DNA of 63,429 bases, filler included, from Octopus bimaculoides (GCF_001194135.2; 4 parts of 4 records of this genome joined end to end with filler, not necessarily neighbours in it), one strand, 5' to 3'. Positions 12,585-25,794 are shown, counted from the whole stretch's first letter. The notes: generated by a model from the letters alone, not told the origin. Program-made: numbers and translations.

Positions 12585-12950
12585 TTCGGAGTTCAATTTC
12601 GTGTGAGGTCCACTTCGGTTATAATCCTTTCGGGCGGGGTGGGAGCGCGATGAAATACGTACCAGTCAAGGACTGGAGTCGAAGCAATTGACAACTCCCA
12701 TCCCATCCCCAACCTTCGTCTCCCCAAAATTAAAATTTCAGGCCTTGTGCCTGTAGTAGAAAAGATTGACGGTCATAACAAGGCGTCGTAATGGCAGAAT
12801 CGTTACAGCGTCTAAAAAAGTTCTTTTCGTTATTTTTTTCCGGTTCCTTACGTCCTGATTTCAACTCTCACCAAAGCCTTTCACGCCATCGAATTTGATA
12901 AAAATAAAATTCCACTCAATCTTATGTGGGTGGGGGTAAATCTTATCTAA
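12585..12950 (+). mobile_element. Two degenerate SINE family A fragments
   Basis: ggagttcaatttc...aaatttcaggccttgtgcctgtagtagaaaag (12585-12768) and a further head and body (12778-12950). Confidence 0.6.
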
Positions 12951-13021
12951 TCCACTCACACCCTGAATTTCACGTATTATATCTTTATTAGGAACTATAG
13001 ATATTACAAAGAATTTATATT

Positions 13022-13238
13022 GGGTTCAAATGTTTGCACAAGGCTTGCAAATTCGGTGGAGATGGGCAAGTCGATGGCATCGACCCCTAGTACTCAACTA
13101 GAACTTAATTTATCGACCCTGAAATGATGAAAGACAAAGTCAATTCCAGTGGATTTTGAACACAGAAAATAAAGACAGACGAAATCTGGCTAAGCAATTT
13201 GTCCGGCACGCTAATGGTTCTGCCCGCTCGCCGCCTTA
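13022..13238 (-). mobile_element. SINE family A
   Basis: Family consensus; degenerate TSD caaagaatttatattgg / caaaaaattgatattgg. Confidence 0.85.
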
Positions 13239-13398
13239 CAAAAAATTGATATTGGCAGAATAGTTTAACGATCAGATAAAATTAATACATAAAAATTTCA
13301 AAATATATCAGAAATATGTGGTTTATTGACTTAATTTACAATTCATTCATTTTAGCAATGATTGGAGATAGAATATATTGAACCAATAATAGATTCCA

Positions 13399-13597
13399 TT
13401 GGGACGACGAGCTAACAGAATCGTTAGCATGCCGGGCAGATTGCTTAGCGTTATTTCGTCCATCTTCGCGTTCTGAGTTCAAATTCCGCCGAGGTCAACT
13501 TTGCGTTTCATTCTTAATGGGTCGATAAAATAAATATGATGTAACCCACTTAATCCCTTTTCCGAAACGGCTGGCCTTGTGCCAAAATTTGAGACCA
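13399..13597 (+). mobile_element. SINE family A, full length, 17-bp TSD
   Basis: accaataatagattcca at 13382-13398 and 13594-13610; B-box-like gagttcaaattcc. Confidence 0.9.
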
Positions 13598-14226
13598 ATA
13601 ATAGATTCCACGGTACAGATTTTTCGAATGTTTTTAACTCAGCATTTCGAAATAAAGAATCACATCACAATTCTTAAAGTGATTGTGCAAGCATCATACC
13701 GCCATCATTAGGGTGGTTTTGAAGTCTATGGAGTAATAGAATTAGAAATCTTCTGAGTAAAATGATTTGCAGCCATAAGCCACGTCTATATACTATCTGG
13801 TTTTGAATCTGACACCGTTTGATTGTCATTTATGATTCAGTGTTGGTTAAAGCAAATACCAGTCACGTACTGAGATCAATATATGGACTGTAACATATAT
13901 CTGAGTCTTTTCGTGTCTCTGACTATCTGACTGACTGTTCACCTATCCCCACCCCCACATGCATACGCACTCAGATTCTCTCGCTCTTTCTCTCTCTCTC
14001 ACACACACAAACACAAACACAAACACAAACACAAACACAAAACACACAGACGCACGTGCACACGCGCAACGTACGATATCATAATTTCGCTCATTAGCAA
14101 GCTGCCTTGGAGTAGAAATGAAAGAAATAAAAAGAGAGAAAGAAAGAAAGGAAGAAAGAAAGGAAGAACGAGGAAGAAAAGAAAGAAAGAAAGAGGTGTA
14201 GGGCAGATAAAAGGGAGAGAGAGAGA

Positions 14227-14270
<44 letters not shown>

Positions 14271-14395
14271 AACGAGGAGGAGAAAGATAAGAGGTGAATT
14301 CAGAATCATAAAGAGGATCAGAGATAAGTAAAGAGAGGAAACGAGACAGGTAGAGAAAGTAATGCAGAGAAACATTGTATTTCTTTCTCATGTAT

Positions 14396-14495
14396 NNNNN
14401 NNNNNNNNNNNNNNNNNNNNNNNNNNNNNNNNNNNNNNNTTAATTAATTAANNNNNNNNNNNNNNNNNNNNNNNNNNNNNNNNNNNNNNNNNNNN
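14396..14495. other. Artificial scaffold-concatenation linker (44 N + TTAATTAATTAA + 44 N)
   Basis: The 12-mer at 14440-14451 has stop codons in all six frames and is centred in exactly 44 N on each side; three identical instances occur in the window. Confidence 0.95.
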
Positions 14496-14533
14496 AAGAC
14501 TTTTGAATTTTACCATTAAGCTGTAATTAGCAG

Positions 14534-14632
14534 AACCATATTCACGCGCACCCATGGCTGTGGGCAACTCTGTATACGATTCTGATGATTGCGGTTACAT
14601 TACAAATCAGGCTGAAGAGGAATAGACAAACG
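14534..14632 (+). CDS. Candidate isolated 99-nt coding exon (hydrophobic segment plus basic tail), gene unknown
   Basis: ttagcag| acceptor and ACG|gtaaga donor; only phase 0 is open: NHIHAHPWLWATLYTILMIAVTLQIRLKRNRQT. No homology recognised. Confidence 0.3.
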
Positions 14633-15480
14633 GTAAGAATTTGTAAAATCCGAAACCGGTCCCCGTTTAAGAATGCTTTTTTAGGTGATTTTAAATGTCT
14701 TGCCCGCTCACGTTTTGGTATGCTGCTATATTTCATGTTGAGAACAATTTAGGTCTTAATAGACACAAGATGTGATCTATTTCTAGCGCATTAATTGTCC
14801 ACGTTAGTGGTCGACGTTATTTTTTTAAAATGTACCTTAATCCCCTGAGATTGCAAATAATATTTCTGAATCTCTTTGATTCTTTAGATGTGCTGGCCTC
14901 CTGATAATTAATCGATATTAATTAATATATGAATAATTACCAGATTTTTTAATTATATATTAATATATATAGTTATGTATGTATATATATATCTATCTAT
15001 CAGTCTGCCTGTCTGTTTACCTACCTACGTACTTACCTACCGACCAACCAATTTACCTACCTATCCTGATAGACAGACAGATAGATAGATAGTGAATAGT
15101 AACGTGAAACTAATGGAAGCTTTCCGACCAGCTATATGTCTTAGCGAGAAATACGCTACTAGACAATATATCAGGGTAACAGCAAAAATTTTTCTGACTT
15201 ATGGAGACCTGACCAATAATGCATATACATACATACATACATACATACATGCATACATACATACATGCATGTATGCATGTATGCAAGCATGCGTGTATAC
15301 ATACATACATGCATATATACATGCATACATACATACATACATACATACATACAAGCTGCCTTATTCTTTCTTCAAATATTGTGACTATCAAGTATTTTTT
15401 CCAAAATGTTTGAATATATAGATATAAGTGTGTGTCTGTTTGTGTATGGGATAGACCCGTGCGCGCGCGCGCGTGTTTGC

Positions 15481-17630
15481 ATTGAAAAATCGCTGGTGCA
15501 ACTTTTAAACCAAATGGTAACCTATTGTACTTATACAGTCTTTTATATGTGTTAACTGTTAGGTATTTCGAGCACTCATCATCTACGCTAATTTGTAGGT
15601 ACGCACCAAAGAGATCCAATTTAGAAAATATCTTTCCACTGTTTAAGTTCGCAAAAATATCCTACGGAGTGGGTAGCGGATAGTGGCACGTTATAACCGG
15701 TGGAAAAATTCGTTTAAACCGGTGGAAAAAATCAGCGCACACTTTGATTTTATTATTCTTTTTCTTAATATACACAGTTGGTGCTACCCATTTAGAATAT
15801 TTTACTTTTTGGATAACACCAATTTTTTCTGGTCTCTCTAGTTCTTCATTAACTTGCTTCATCGCTGCGAAGGGTACCATTCGTTTTGGTTTAAATACTG
15901 GTATGACATTTTCTTTTATTTGAAAACACGCCTTTGTCTTGGTACACAGACCTAATTTATTAGACAGAACTTAATAAAACATATTTTTACTTTTTCTTTC
16001 AGTTCTTCTAACGACTTGTTTTTACTGGAGGAAAAGAACCATCTATATTTTTACAGAACAGATTTATGGGGAGGTCCCATAAATTAAACAATTCCATCCT
16101 GTTAGTACCGAACAAGTTTGTTGATTTATTTAACTGAAAAACTTTTGCTTTCAAGGTTTTATCCCGAAATGTAACATCAGTAATCATTTCGACCAAAAAA
16201 TGTAATTTTTTCCTGAAACAACTTTCGCAATTTTTAAAGTTTCCATTAATATAGGCTTTCCTATTTTTCTCCATGTGTCAGCGTTAATAATTGTAATATC
16301 ACTGCCTATATATAGCTGTAACTTCCCAGTCACATTATCAATTTTTTTTTACACAAACTTTCTTTTGTGAGCTTCGCCTAGACTTTCTGAGAAAACCTTT
16401 CCAGTATTTGTTTCGTTCGACATTTTTTTTCTGCTTTGCAAACTGAGCTTTTATGCCTGCCCGATGATTTGACAGTTAAAACATTTTTGATTTTTAAAAG
16501 GACAGTTATTTTTGAATGTAGACTTCCGCACTCATAGCATGGATTGGATCTTAATCTTTTTCTTTTCTTTATCCGTTACAGGCGGACACACATATATGTG
16601 AGAGTAATCCTTTTCTTCGATTTTACTTGCCTCATATTGTAGATGAATAATTCTCTGACATTCTTCTGTCACTGCCTGCAAAGTCAAATTCTGGTCCTGT
16701 TCTAATTTTGTCAATATCCGGGCACGTATCTCTTCATCTTTGTTTGCAGTTAACCCTTGAACAAAAATTAGACATTTGAACATGTCCGGGATTAATTCTT
16801 TTAGTTTGAATTTTTCGTATTCTCCATTGACGATTGCCCTATAAGTGACGAAATCTTCCTCGCCTTCTTTTACTAAATTCGAACACTCTCAGCGAGTTTT
16901 GAACAGGAAACTTCTCTCACTGAAAATTTCATCGAAATAAATTTCACATGGTTTTTTGGCAGAGTGTAGTTACAGTATTTTTCGTGTTCGGCAAGGGATA
17001 ATTTTCTTACAAGTAGTCGTACCTTTTCATTGTCCGTCCAATTTTTGCATTCTTCTTTAAAGATTTCTTCATATCTTCAGAAAAAGTAATACCTTCCTCT
17101 AGGTTATAACTAAATTCTGCAATTGCGTTTGCTACGCCGTCTAGCAAGAACGAACCTGAAGTATTTTGGGACTTCAATATTAATTCCAGAAACTGTTGGT
17201 ATTGTTGTTGTAGTTGCTGCTGTGCTGTAACTGTTGCTGCTGTTGATTCTGTTGCTGTTGCAACTGCACCACGGTGTCTAATAAGTCTTCTATGTTAACT
17301 AATTTTTCTTTGATTTTGTATCAAAAGGGAAAATGTTACGTCCGACGTAAGCTTCGAATAAACTCTTCACCACCTTTATATCCTTCTATATGTTGGATAT
17401 ACAGATTTCACGAAGCTGGGGTAGATACAACTGTCTTCAAATGTTGTACTTAAAATTACTCCACTAAACATGATGCGCCAATAAATACAAACATTCAACG
17501 ATCTCAACGACTTCCACGTACTCTCAGCGACTCCTACGACTTTTCTCGTCTCAACCAATACGCTACTCTTTATAGGAGTTCGGCTAGTCTATTCTTCCAA
17601 ACCCACGGGGGTTTCAATGACTCTCGCCAC
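15481..17630 (-). mobile_element. Decayed Gypsy-type (Mag/K02A2.6-like) LTR retrotransposon: putative LTR/leader, gag, protease, N-terminal RT
   Basis: Gag (EKVRLLVRKL...FKCLIFVQGL...IRARILTKLEQ), protease remnant (LQLYIGSDITIIN) and RT (VPFAAMKQVNEEL...WVAPTVYIKKKNNKIKVCADF; AYLQI...YNRLPFGLKVAPAIFQ). Many frameshifts and stops; truncated before YxDD. LTR limits (~17391-17630, TG...CA) are tentative. Confidence 0.9.
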
Positions 17631-18098
17631 AAACAAAATTCCAAGCAATAAAAAAGTTATGCGGGGTTATATTGCGTGCGTAAAGCAGAATTCCGCCAAT
17701 ATTTCATTTGTTTACAGTTGATAACACATGTAGTCAAAGCACAAAATGACAGCTTCCAAATCCTTTTTTCTGAGTGGGTAAAAATGATCAAACTTTAAAC
17801 CTCTGTAACTTAAAAAAAAAAATTATTTTCAGGAAACAGTGAATTAGGCTCTGAGATTCAGCATGGAAAATTACATAAATACATCAAATTTGAAATTTTC
17901 ATTAAACTTTAAGATTTCCACAGGTACAGCCAAACAGAAAAGATCCGTCTCAAGAATTACAAATAAATACTGGAATAGCTTTGATCATAAGTTCACTGGA
18001 TATCAGAACTGACCTGCGGCTAAACAATATCTACTATTGCTGCTGCTGTTGTCATAACCACCTATAATAGTACAACTATTATACTTACTAATAATAAA

Positions 18099-18146
<48 letters not shown>

Positions 18147-18253
18147 AACGAAATTTTGAAGTTTTCTGGGACACTATTGACCTTTCATTGAATAAGTTGT
18201 TCAACAAGTACTTTCAGTCTGACATTTGAAACATATCTTAATACATACATACG

Positions 18254-18321
<68 letters not shown>

Positions 18322-18973
18322 NNNNNNNNNNNNNNNNNNNNNNNNNNNNNNNNNNNNNNNNNNNNNNNNNNNNNNNNNNNNNNNNNNNNNNNNNNNNNNN
18401 NNNNNNNNNNNNNNNNNNNNNNNNNNNNNNNNNNNNNNNNNNNNNNNNNNNNNNNNNNNNNNNNNNNNNNNNNNNNNNNNNNNNNNNNNNNNNNNNNNNN
18501 NNNNNNNNNNNNNNNNNNNNNNNNNNNNNNNNNNNNNNNNNNNNNNNNNNNNNNNNNNNNNNNNNNNNNNNNNNNNNNNNNNNNNNNNNNNNNNNNNNNN
18601 NNNNNNNNNNNNNNNNNNNNNNNNNNNNNNNNNNNNNNNNNNNNNNNNNNNNNNNNNNNNNNNNNNNNNNNNNNNNNNNNNNNNNNNNNNNNNNNNNNNN
18701 NNNNNNNNNNNNNNNNNNNNNNNNNNNNNNNNNNNNNNNNNNNNNNNNNNNNNNNNNNNNNNNNNNNNNNNNNNNNNNNNNNNNNNNNNNNNNNNNNNNN
18801 NNNNNNNNNNNNNNNNNNTATATATACACACATATATATTCACACGTACATATTTATATATATACATACATATATGCAAATATTCATAATATATAATGCA
18901 CACATATATGCATATGCTCATTATATATGTATATGCATACATATATGTAGACACACTCACAAACACACACTCA

Positions 18974-19067
<94 letters not shown>

Positions 19068-19944
19068 AGAGAAAGAAAGTATGCATGCATGCGGGCAGGT
19101 ATGTATGTATCTTTCGTTGCATTTAATATGGTTGATTGGGTGGCTGGTTGGATGGATGGATGAGTGGATTTGGTAGACAGAAATTAAAAGAAGTCCATCG
19201 TATGTATATATATATATGAGTGTGTGTGTGCATGTGTTTGTGTGTGTATGTGTGTGTGTTTGTGTGTGTATGTGTATAAGTAATTATTTTAAGTATTGAT
19301 TAAGTTCTTAGTAGTTAGCCGATGAAGCACGTACACTGCCTATAGGTACCTGGCGTCATCCACGATATTTACTCAATTATCGCTGGATATAGCTCAGAAA
19401 TTCCTCAGTGCTCGTTGAGTAAATAACAAATGATAGAGATGGGAAATAGAATATACGAGAGACTTTAGTGCTCACAACGGTCGTTTCGATCTATCCTGCA
19501 TCGAGCTCTCGCGGGTAGAATGCTGTACAAGTGGTTGTGAAGTCTGATGTATGTTGTGAAGTGAGTAGTAGATTCGATCAATAATCAATATATTGTGGGG
19601 GGTTTTTAACGGCCCAGAGGAAATGGAAAAGGAATTACAGCTAGTTGAGATTTGAACTCTGAACGTATGGACTCATACCTGATGCTCTTCAGATTTTGAC
19701 CGTTTACAACTCTTTTTCCATTGGCAACAAAGAAATATTTCACATGATCATTCAAAGAGGGACCACCGTTCAACGTCAAGTAGTAAAATCATATTAAATC
19801 AAAACCCTACCATCGTTTGAAAATAGAGAACGGCACATTCAAAAATATAGTCTGGAGTAACTGAACCCCGTCCTCCCACAAAGCAAAAGACATATAGAGC
19901 ACCATCCATGCGGTACCTTTGGAGCAGCTTTAGAGTAACATTGG

Positions 19945-20332
19945 TGGAGGCACAATGGCCCAGTGGTTAGGGCAGCGGACTCGCGGTCATAGGATCGCGG
20001 TTTCGATTCCCAGACCAGGCGTTGTGAGTGTTTATTGAGCGAAAACACCTAAAGCACCACGAGGCTCCGGCAGGGGATGGTGGCGAACCCTGCTGTACTC
20101 TTCCACCACAACTTTCCCTCACTCTTACTTCCTGTTTCTGTTGTGCCGGTAAGTCAAAGGGTTAGCCTTGTCACACCGTGTCACGCTGAATATTCCCGAG
20201 AACTACGTTAAGGGTACACGTGTTTGTGGAGTGCTCAGCCACATGTACGTTAATTTCACGAGCAGGCTGTTCCGTTGATTGGATCAACTGGAACCCTCGA
20301 CGTTGTAAGCGACGGAGTGCCAACAACAACAA
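19945..20332 (+). mobile_element. tRNA-derived SINE family C, full length, (CAA)n tail
   Basis: A-box tggcccagtggttag, B-box gtttcgattccc, ~390 bp; second copy at 30845-31197. Confidence 0.9.
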
Positions 20333-20825
20333 CTCTACGATTACATTATCAAATGTCCTTCTTTTATTAAAATGACGAAAACGTAATCACGTAGAGTCTA
20401 TTTATTCGCCCGTTGTTGCTGTTGTAGTTGTTGTGGTTGTTGCTTAGCCCCAGATCATCCCTGACCAGGTAGATCAATCGTTAAAGTCAATCTAGGCATT
20501 GTCATTCTTTCTTTTTGTGAAACTAGGACCGCACTGATTTTTCGTTCCTTACACAAATTGTCTGGACTGCGAAGATGATATTTTTGTGTAGAAACACCCC
20601 CTGTTTTACTGTTCTACTGGGGTTGCGCATCAATATAGTTTGAATCTTAACAACTTTCGGAAAAAAAAAAAATATTTTCCTAAATTCAAATTACGACAAA
20701 CGTAAATAAACAAACGAAGTTTGCTTTTAGAAGCGTTGAAATGTCTTAGAAAGTTAAAGAAGTGATTTTAAATTCTCAATCGCAGAATAATGCTAATAAT
20801 ATAGCCTGAACAGGATAAACTACCC

Positions 20826-20884
20826 CTATTTTGCAGAGAAAAGTGTAGGTGGCTAGCTCACCTACACTTTTCTCTGCAAAATAG
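20826..20884. repeat. Perfect 26-bp inverted repeat with 7-nt loop
   Basis: ctattttgcagagaaaagtgtaggtg-gctagct-cacctacacttttctctgcaaaatag. Confidence 0.95.
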
Positions 20885-21152
20885 TAATATTTTGCTGTTT
20901 TCATTATTCAGTTAAAGATGGCTGATAAAGAAGCCATCATAAGTTCGACAAAGGAACGCGTTCCTCGTCGGAGAAAAATGAGAACAAAAATATAGAATGG
21001 CCTAAACTTGATGACGTCACCGAGGCGAATACTGTTTCGTCTCTAAGCAACGTCAAAACTTTCGGTGACGACAACAACGACGACGACGACGACAACAACA
21101 ACAACAACAACTACAAAATCAGCAACAGTAACAACGATATCAACAAAGTGAA

Positions 21153-21210
21153 ATTTAGAAACGTGAACATTTAGAAACGTGAACATTTAGAAACGTGAAC
21201 ATTTAGAAAC
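21153..21210 (+). repeat. 16-bp tandem repeat x3.6
   Basis: atttagaaacgtgaac repeated. Confidence 0.95.
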
Positions 21211-21289
21211 AGGTTACTTTTGCGATTGTGGCGAGAAATTCATCTACATAGATGAAGACGATCTAAAAATGGCCAGAAAAATTGAAAAA

Positions 21290-21640
21290 AGGAATGGGAG
21301 AAAGGTAGCTCTAAACCCTCCATCCTATGTGATAAAGAATATCTTAAGATGCACGGTCACATACCGCTGCATCGGAGTTAAATCACGTTGGGTGGAAAGT
21401 GCTTCTGAGAGCGAAATACAAAAATGCCTCGGGTCATGTGGGAACAGAAGACCCACAACACTCGGGGAAGGGAAAGAAGTTTGAAACAATTAAGGTGAGA
21501 TTTGGAACAGAAGAAGCCAGGTGTTATTCCGCAACCACTTTGGGGAATGAAAACTTCTTAATTCCCATGCAGCCAATGCCTTGCCAAGATTAGGCTTCTG
21601 AATGTGCGAGTGGTGGACATGATACACAGTTAATATACAT
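21290..21640 (+). mobile_element. Heavily decayed RTE-like RT C-terminal fragment
   Basis: Frame-shifted motifs PSILCDK.YLKMHGH..YRC...KQLR...IRNHFG...RLG resemble the RTE post-RT region. Confidence 0.45.
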
Positions 21641-21803
21641 CATTTCATTTGGAAAATAGAAATAAATTTTAATGAGTATAACTAACTCGGATGTAGTCCA
21701 AAACTTTGTCAGATATTTTAAGCTCCATTTGTTGTCTTTATTCCCGATGTTTTTGAATGAATTTCGGTGCAGTGTTTTATTGCTCTCACATGTTAAACGT
21801 CCC

Positions 21804-21876
<73 letters not shown>

Positions 21877-22148
21877 GAGTGACAGAGCAGTGCATGCCAT
21901 CAAAGTGACACTGGGATAAAATATACGAAGCCCAAATATACCCATCATGATTACCCGTCTGATAAGGGTACACCAGGCATATGCATCACAACCATATGTA
22001 CGCGACATGGTGATCTCATATCAAGATAAACAGTGCATGACCTCGCAGGTGGGGAACAGTTAGAATTTTCTTCAGGTCCAGTAGCTCATCCCGCTCAAAA
22101 GGTCCCTGAATAAGGTTTGTTTAAGGATATTGAGCAAAACACCCATAT
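21877..22148 (-). mobile_element. Family E 3' fragment with long (TAA)n tail (21804-21876)
   Basis: High similarity to 7736-7990. Confidence 0.8.
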
Positions 22149-22149
22149 T

Positions 22150-22612
22150 ATTATTATTATATGAAAACTCACAGCTTATTTTGCTAGGTATGAAAGTGCT
22201 AGGTATGAAAGTGCTAGGTATGGAACGTGTCAGCTGTCCACGGCCAGCGGGCTAAGGTGGCAATTGTTTACTGGTCATGCTTCAAGAACCCTGCGAAGAA
22301 TTCTTTCAGCTCCAAGCAATGCTGATTTTTGTAGGTGTTCTACCTTCACACTTGCACCGATCTTTTTCAGCCATGCTGGCAGTTGAGTGCTGATACTTCC
22401 AGGTGCTCCAATTCCTATTGGCATCACGTCTACTCTCTTCATTGACCACAACCTTCGTATTTCCCACTTTAAACCATCCTAGCTTTAAAAAAATTTTTCT
22501 TCTTCTTTTACATTGATTCTGTTGTCACTGGGACATGCTATGTCGAAAATAATATATGTTCTTTCTTTTTTATTCACCACAACAATGTCCGGTTTCCTAT
22601 GTCTAGTCAGGT
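22150..22612 (-). mobile_element. R4/Dong-like LINE 3' end (restriction-like endonuclease domain and 3' UTR)
   Basis: HRKPDIVVVNKKERTYIIFDIACPSDNRINVKEEEK...WEIRRLWSMKRVDVMPIGIGAPG...HLQKSALLGAERILRRVLEA* (one frameshift); (TAA)n on both sides. Confidence 0.85.
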
Positions 22613-22613
22613 G

Positions 22614-22661
<48 letters not shown>

Positions 22662-23190
22662 GTTGTTGTTATTATTATTATTATTATTATCATTTATTCC
22701 ACTTATGACTGGGAAGTTGAAAAAAAGTAAGCGAAAGAACCAATGGAATTGGTGGCAGCCAAAGTATCCTATGTCCAGCACCTTCACTACAATCTCACTC
22801 ATTGTAGTACTAGCATAAGTATAACAGCAATACCTACAGCGAGAATAATAACAGCAACAACGAGAAGAATACTTTAATACCACCATCGTCATTACTAGCA
22901 ACAGCAGCAATAGCAGCAGCAGCAGTAGCAGTAGCAGTAGCAGCAGCAGCAGCAACAACAACAACAACAACAATAACAACAAACCACTTTTGAGTGTTGC
23001 CAGCAAGACGTTTCTACTCAGCAGGTTTTATGATTCTATCCAGATTTTATAATGGATCGGATGTTATCATGTGTGTCGGTTGATTTTAGAATAGTGTTTC
23101 TCTGGAAATTTCCTTGGCAGAAAAACTACTTAAATATATTTTATTGACATCTGCAAAGTGAATAAAACCATAAAACTGTTTGTGTTGTAG

Positions 23191-23244
<54 letters not shown>

Positions 23245-23899
23245 CTATATGTATATATATAATGATACTGTTATTCTTGCCATTTAGCAGGAAGTCAGTT
23301 CTGATGTGGTTGAACTACGATCAAAGAAATTCCAACAGTGATCATCCGTCTTGTTTGGTAAAGTGTACCTGCGGCCACATTGTGCAGCCTATCTTACCTC
23401 TTGTAAGAAGTGATTCTAGGAAGTTTTGAGCAGCTATTTATGCTATCTGTAATGTCTTTCTAAGTTTTGTTATGACAGTAGCCCAGAATGACTATCATCA
23501 GAAATCAGTAAAACAGTCAGCTAATAAAAACGAATGTTGACTTTTCGTATTGAGTAACTTCCATTTAATCTATACTGGTATAGATTTTAAAAAAGTTATA
23601 ACTGCAAGCTAGACACAGTTTTGGTTTAGCTGAGCTTCCATAAAGAGAACGCTGCTTGTTTGGGATAAGCTCTGTAGCAATTGTAACACGACTGAGTTGA
23701 CGGCGAGTAGGAAATCGCTATATATATATACGTACTCTTTTAGTATCCTCGCAGTGTTCTGTTTTGGAATTATCGTAGGACTACTGTTACGAGTAGTAAA
23801 AATTCAACTATTGTGGCAAGAGACATCATAATTATGCCTATCCTCTTAACTTACCTTGGCATTATTCTCATTATCATTCATTATCATCAGTACTCCATG

Positions 23900-24845
23900 A
23901 CATAGTATTCCACTTTAACACTACAATACAGTACCCCCAATTTAAAGTAACATTACAGCGGACAATATTTTACATCACATGTAAATTCATATTCAATTCT
24001 CCATTTGGGAGGTAAGAATTACCATGGATTGTACCAGTTCTGTCTTCAGCTTCAACCTTTGCACAAAGTAACTCAACAATCTTCACAGATCACAAAACAA
24101 CATACTTTGCATCATCATGAATCATGCACACACCACACTTATAACCACTTAGCTGACGACATTCTAACATCTGGACATCCAAGGAGAATATCCTACTGTT
24201 GATGCAACATACTTCTACAATGATAGTCCTTGTCACAGTATACACCATGAATACGAAATATTCTTCAATATCTCTTAATGCTACATAGATAACATTCTAA
24301 ACACATTATCCCACCCATTCAGTCTAGAGACATCTAGATGATCCAGAATATTTGAGGACCATTACTCCTTCTACTTAGTCCATAAACATAAAGTAGATGC
24401 ACACAAAAGTAGTTATAGCATTAGTAATCTCTTGAGTGCCAAAATCTGTGACAGGATGTTTACACTTATTGTAAGTGGTAGAACAATAGCGGACATCTAA
24501 CCGAACTCATCACACATCTCTAATGTTGCTGCAGTCACCATCAGAAATAACTTATAGATTTGACAGATTTGACAATTGCTACCCCCCCCCCCCAAAAAAA
24601 AAACACACGCTTAGTTTGCAAAGCAGTATCCTATATTGTGAAGCACTGCATCATCTCAAAGTGTGAGGTATCTGATTCTGTCTGATGTAACAGATCATTG
24701 GATCGCATCTAGCCGTTCGATCGACAAACTATGTAGCATAGCTCTGCAAGATTAAGGCAGTACTGGAGCTATAAAATAATTTTTAAAAACCCAACAACTT
24801 TACTCTCTGTTCAATACCAACTAGCGTCTCAGTATGATGATGATG
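23900..24845 (+). mobile_element. Very old LINE remnant (I/Nimb-like post-RT region, tentative)
   Basis: Fragmentary motifs (LNNLHRSQNNILCI..HTT) and a (tga)n end; strongly decayed. Confidence 0.3.
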
Positions 24846-24864
24846 GTGGTGGTGATGATAATGA

Positions 24865-25075
24865 TCCTTACTACAATAGGCACAAGGCCTGAAAATTTGA
24901 CGAAGCGGGTGGTGAATTACATCAACTCCACTGATCGACTGGTATATATTTTATCGATCTCGAAAGGATGAAAGGCAAAACCGACCTTGGCGGAATTTGA
25001 ACTCAGAATGTAGAGCCGGAGGAAAGGCCGCAAAGTATTTAGCCCGGCGTGCTAGCGATTCTTCCTGCTCACTGC
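24865..25075 (-). mobile_element. SINE family A
   Basis: gaaaggatgaaaggcaaaaccgaccttggcggaatttgaactcagaa...cggcgtgctagcgattct. Confidence 0.85.
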
Positions 25076-25301
25076 ATAACCCTAGTAGTCGGAGCCCATA
25101 TCTTCACTCAAAGAAGACAAACGGCGCCAGCTGGGGAAAAAGCTCAGTAAGTCTCTTACCCAGCTTTGCACGTCTAAACATCTATAGGATAGTTAATATA
25201 ATGGAGAGAAAAATTAAACAAAACTGAACTCCCCAAGAATTTAGCAAAATCCTATAAAACAAATACCGTGACGTCCTGTACACAATATGCATATACTTAG
25301 A

Positions 25302-25337
<36 letters not shown>

Positions 25338-25657
25338 TGTATATATATATATNNNNNNNNNNNNNNNNNNNNNNNNNNNNNNNNNNNNNNNNNNTTTGAA
25401 TGGTACAACAATGTACTATAATACAAAAAATGGACTATATACCTGTTGTAATTTAGTTATCTATAGTCCGATTATATATCAGAATACAATTCCTTCTTCA
25501 GATATTCTTAGATGGAGTCGCTGCTATAATCTGTTTTCCAACGGCTTTTCCTTTTTCGGATTCCGAATTGTATTCCGAAATATCATCGGACTATATTTAA
25601 GTAAATTACAACAGGTATATAGTCCATTTGCCTTTCATCCTTTAGGGTTCGATATAG

Positions 25658-25713
<56 letters not shown>

Positions 25714-25714
25714 A

Positions 25715-25783
<69 letters not shown>

Positions 25784-25794
25784 GTTATTATTAT

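Noticed and set aside
19469-19560. Peptide VECCTSGC resembling an insulin A-chain motif
   Set aside because: A stop follows three codons later, the final Cys is missing, there is no B-chain, and all three phases between the candidate splice sites contain stops.
19945-20015. tRNA-like sequences with A and B boxes (also 8968, 30845, 46092, 47605)
   Set aside because: They run directly into repeat bodies shared between copies, so they are SINE heads rather than tRNA genes.
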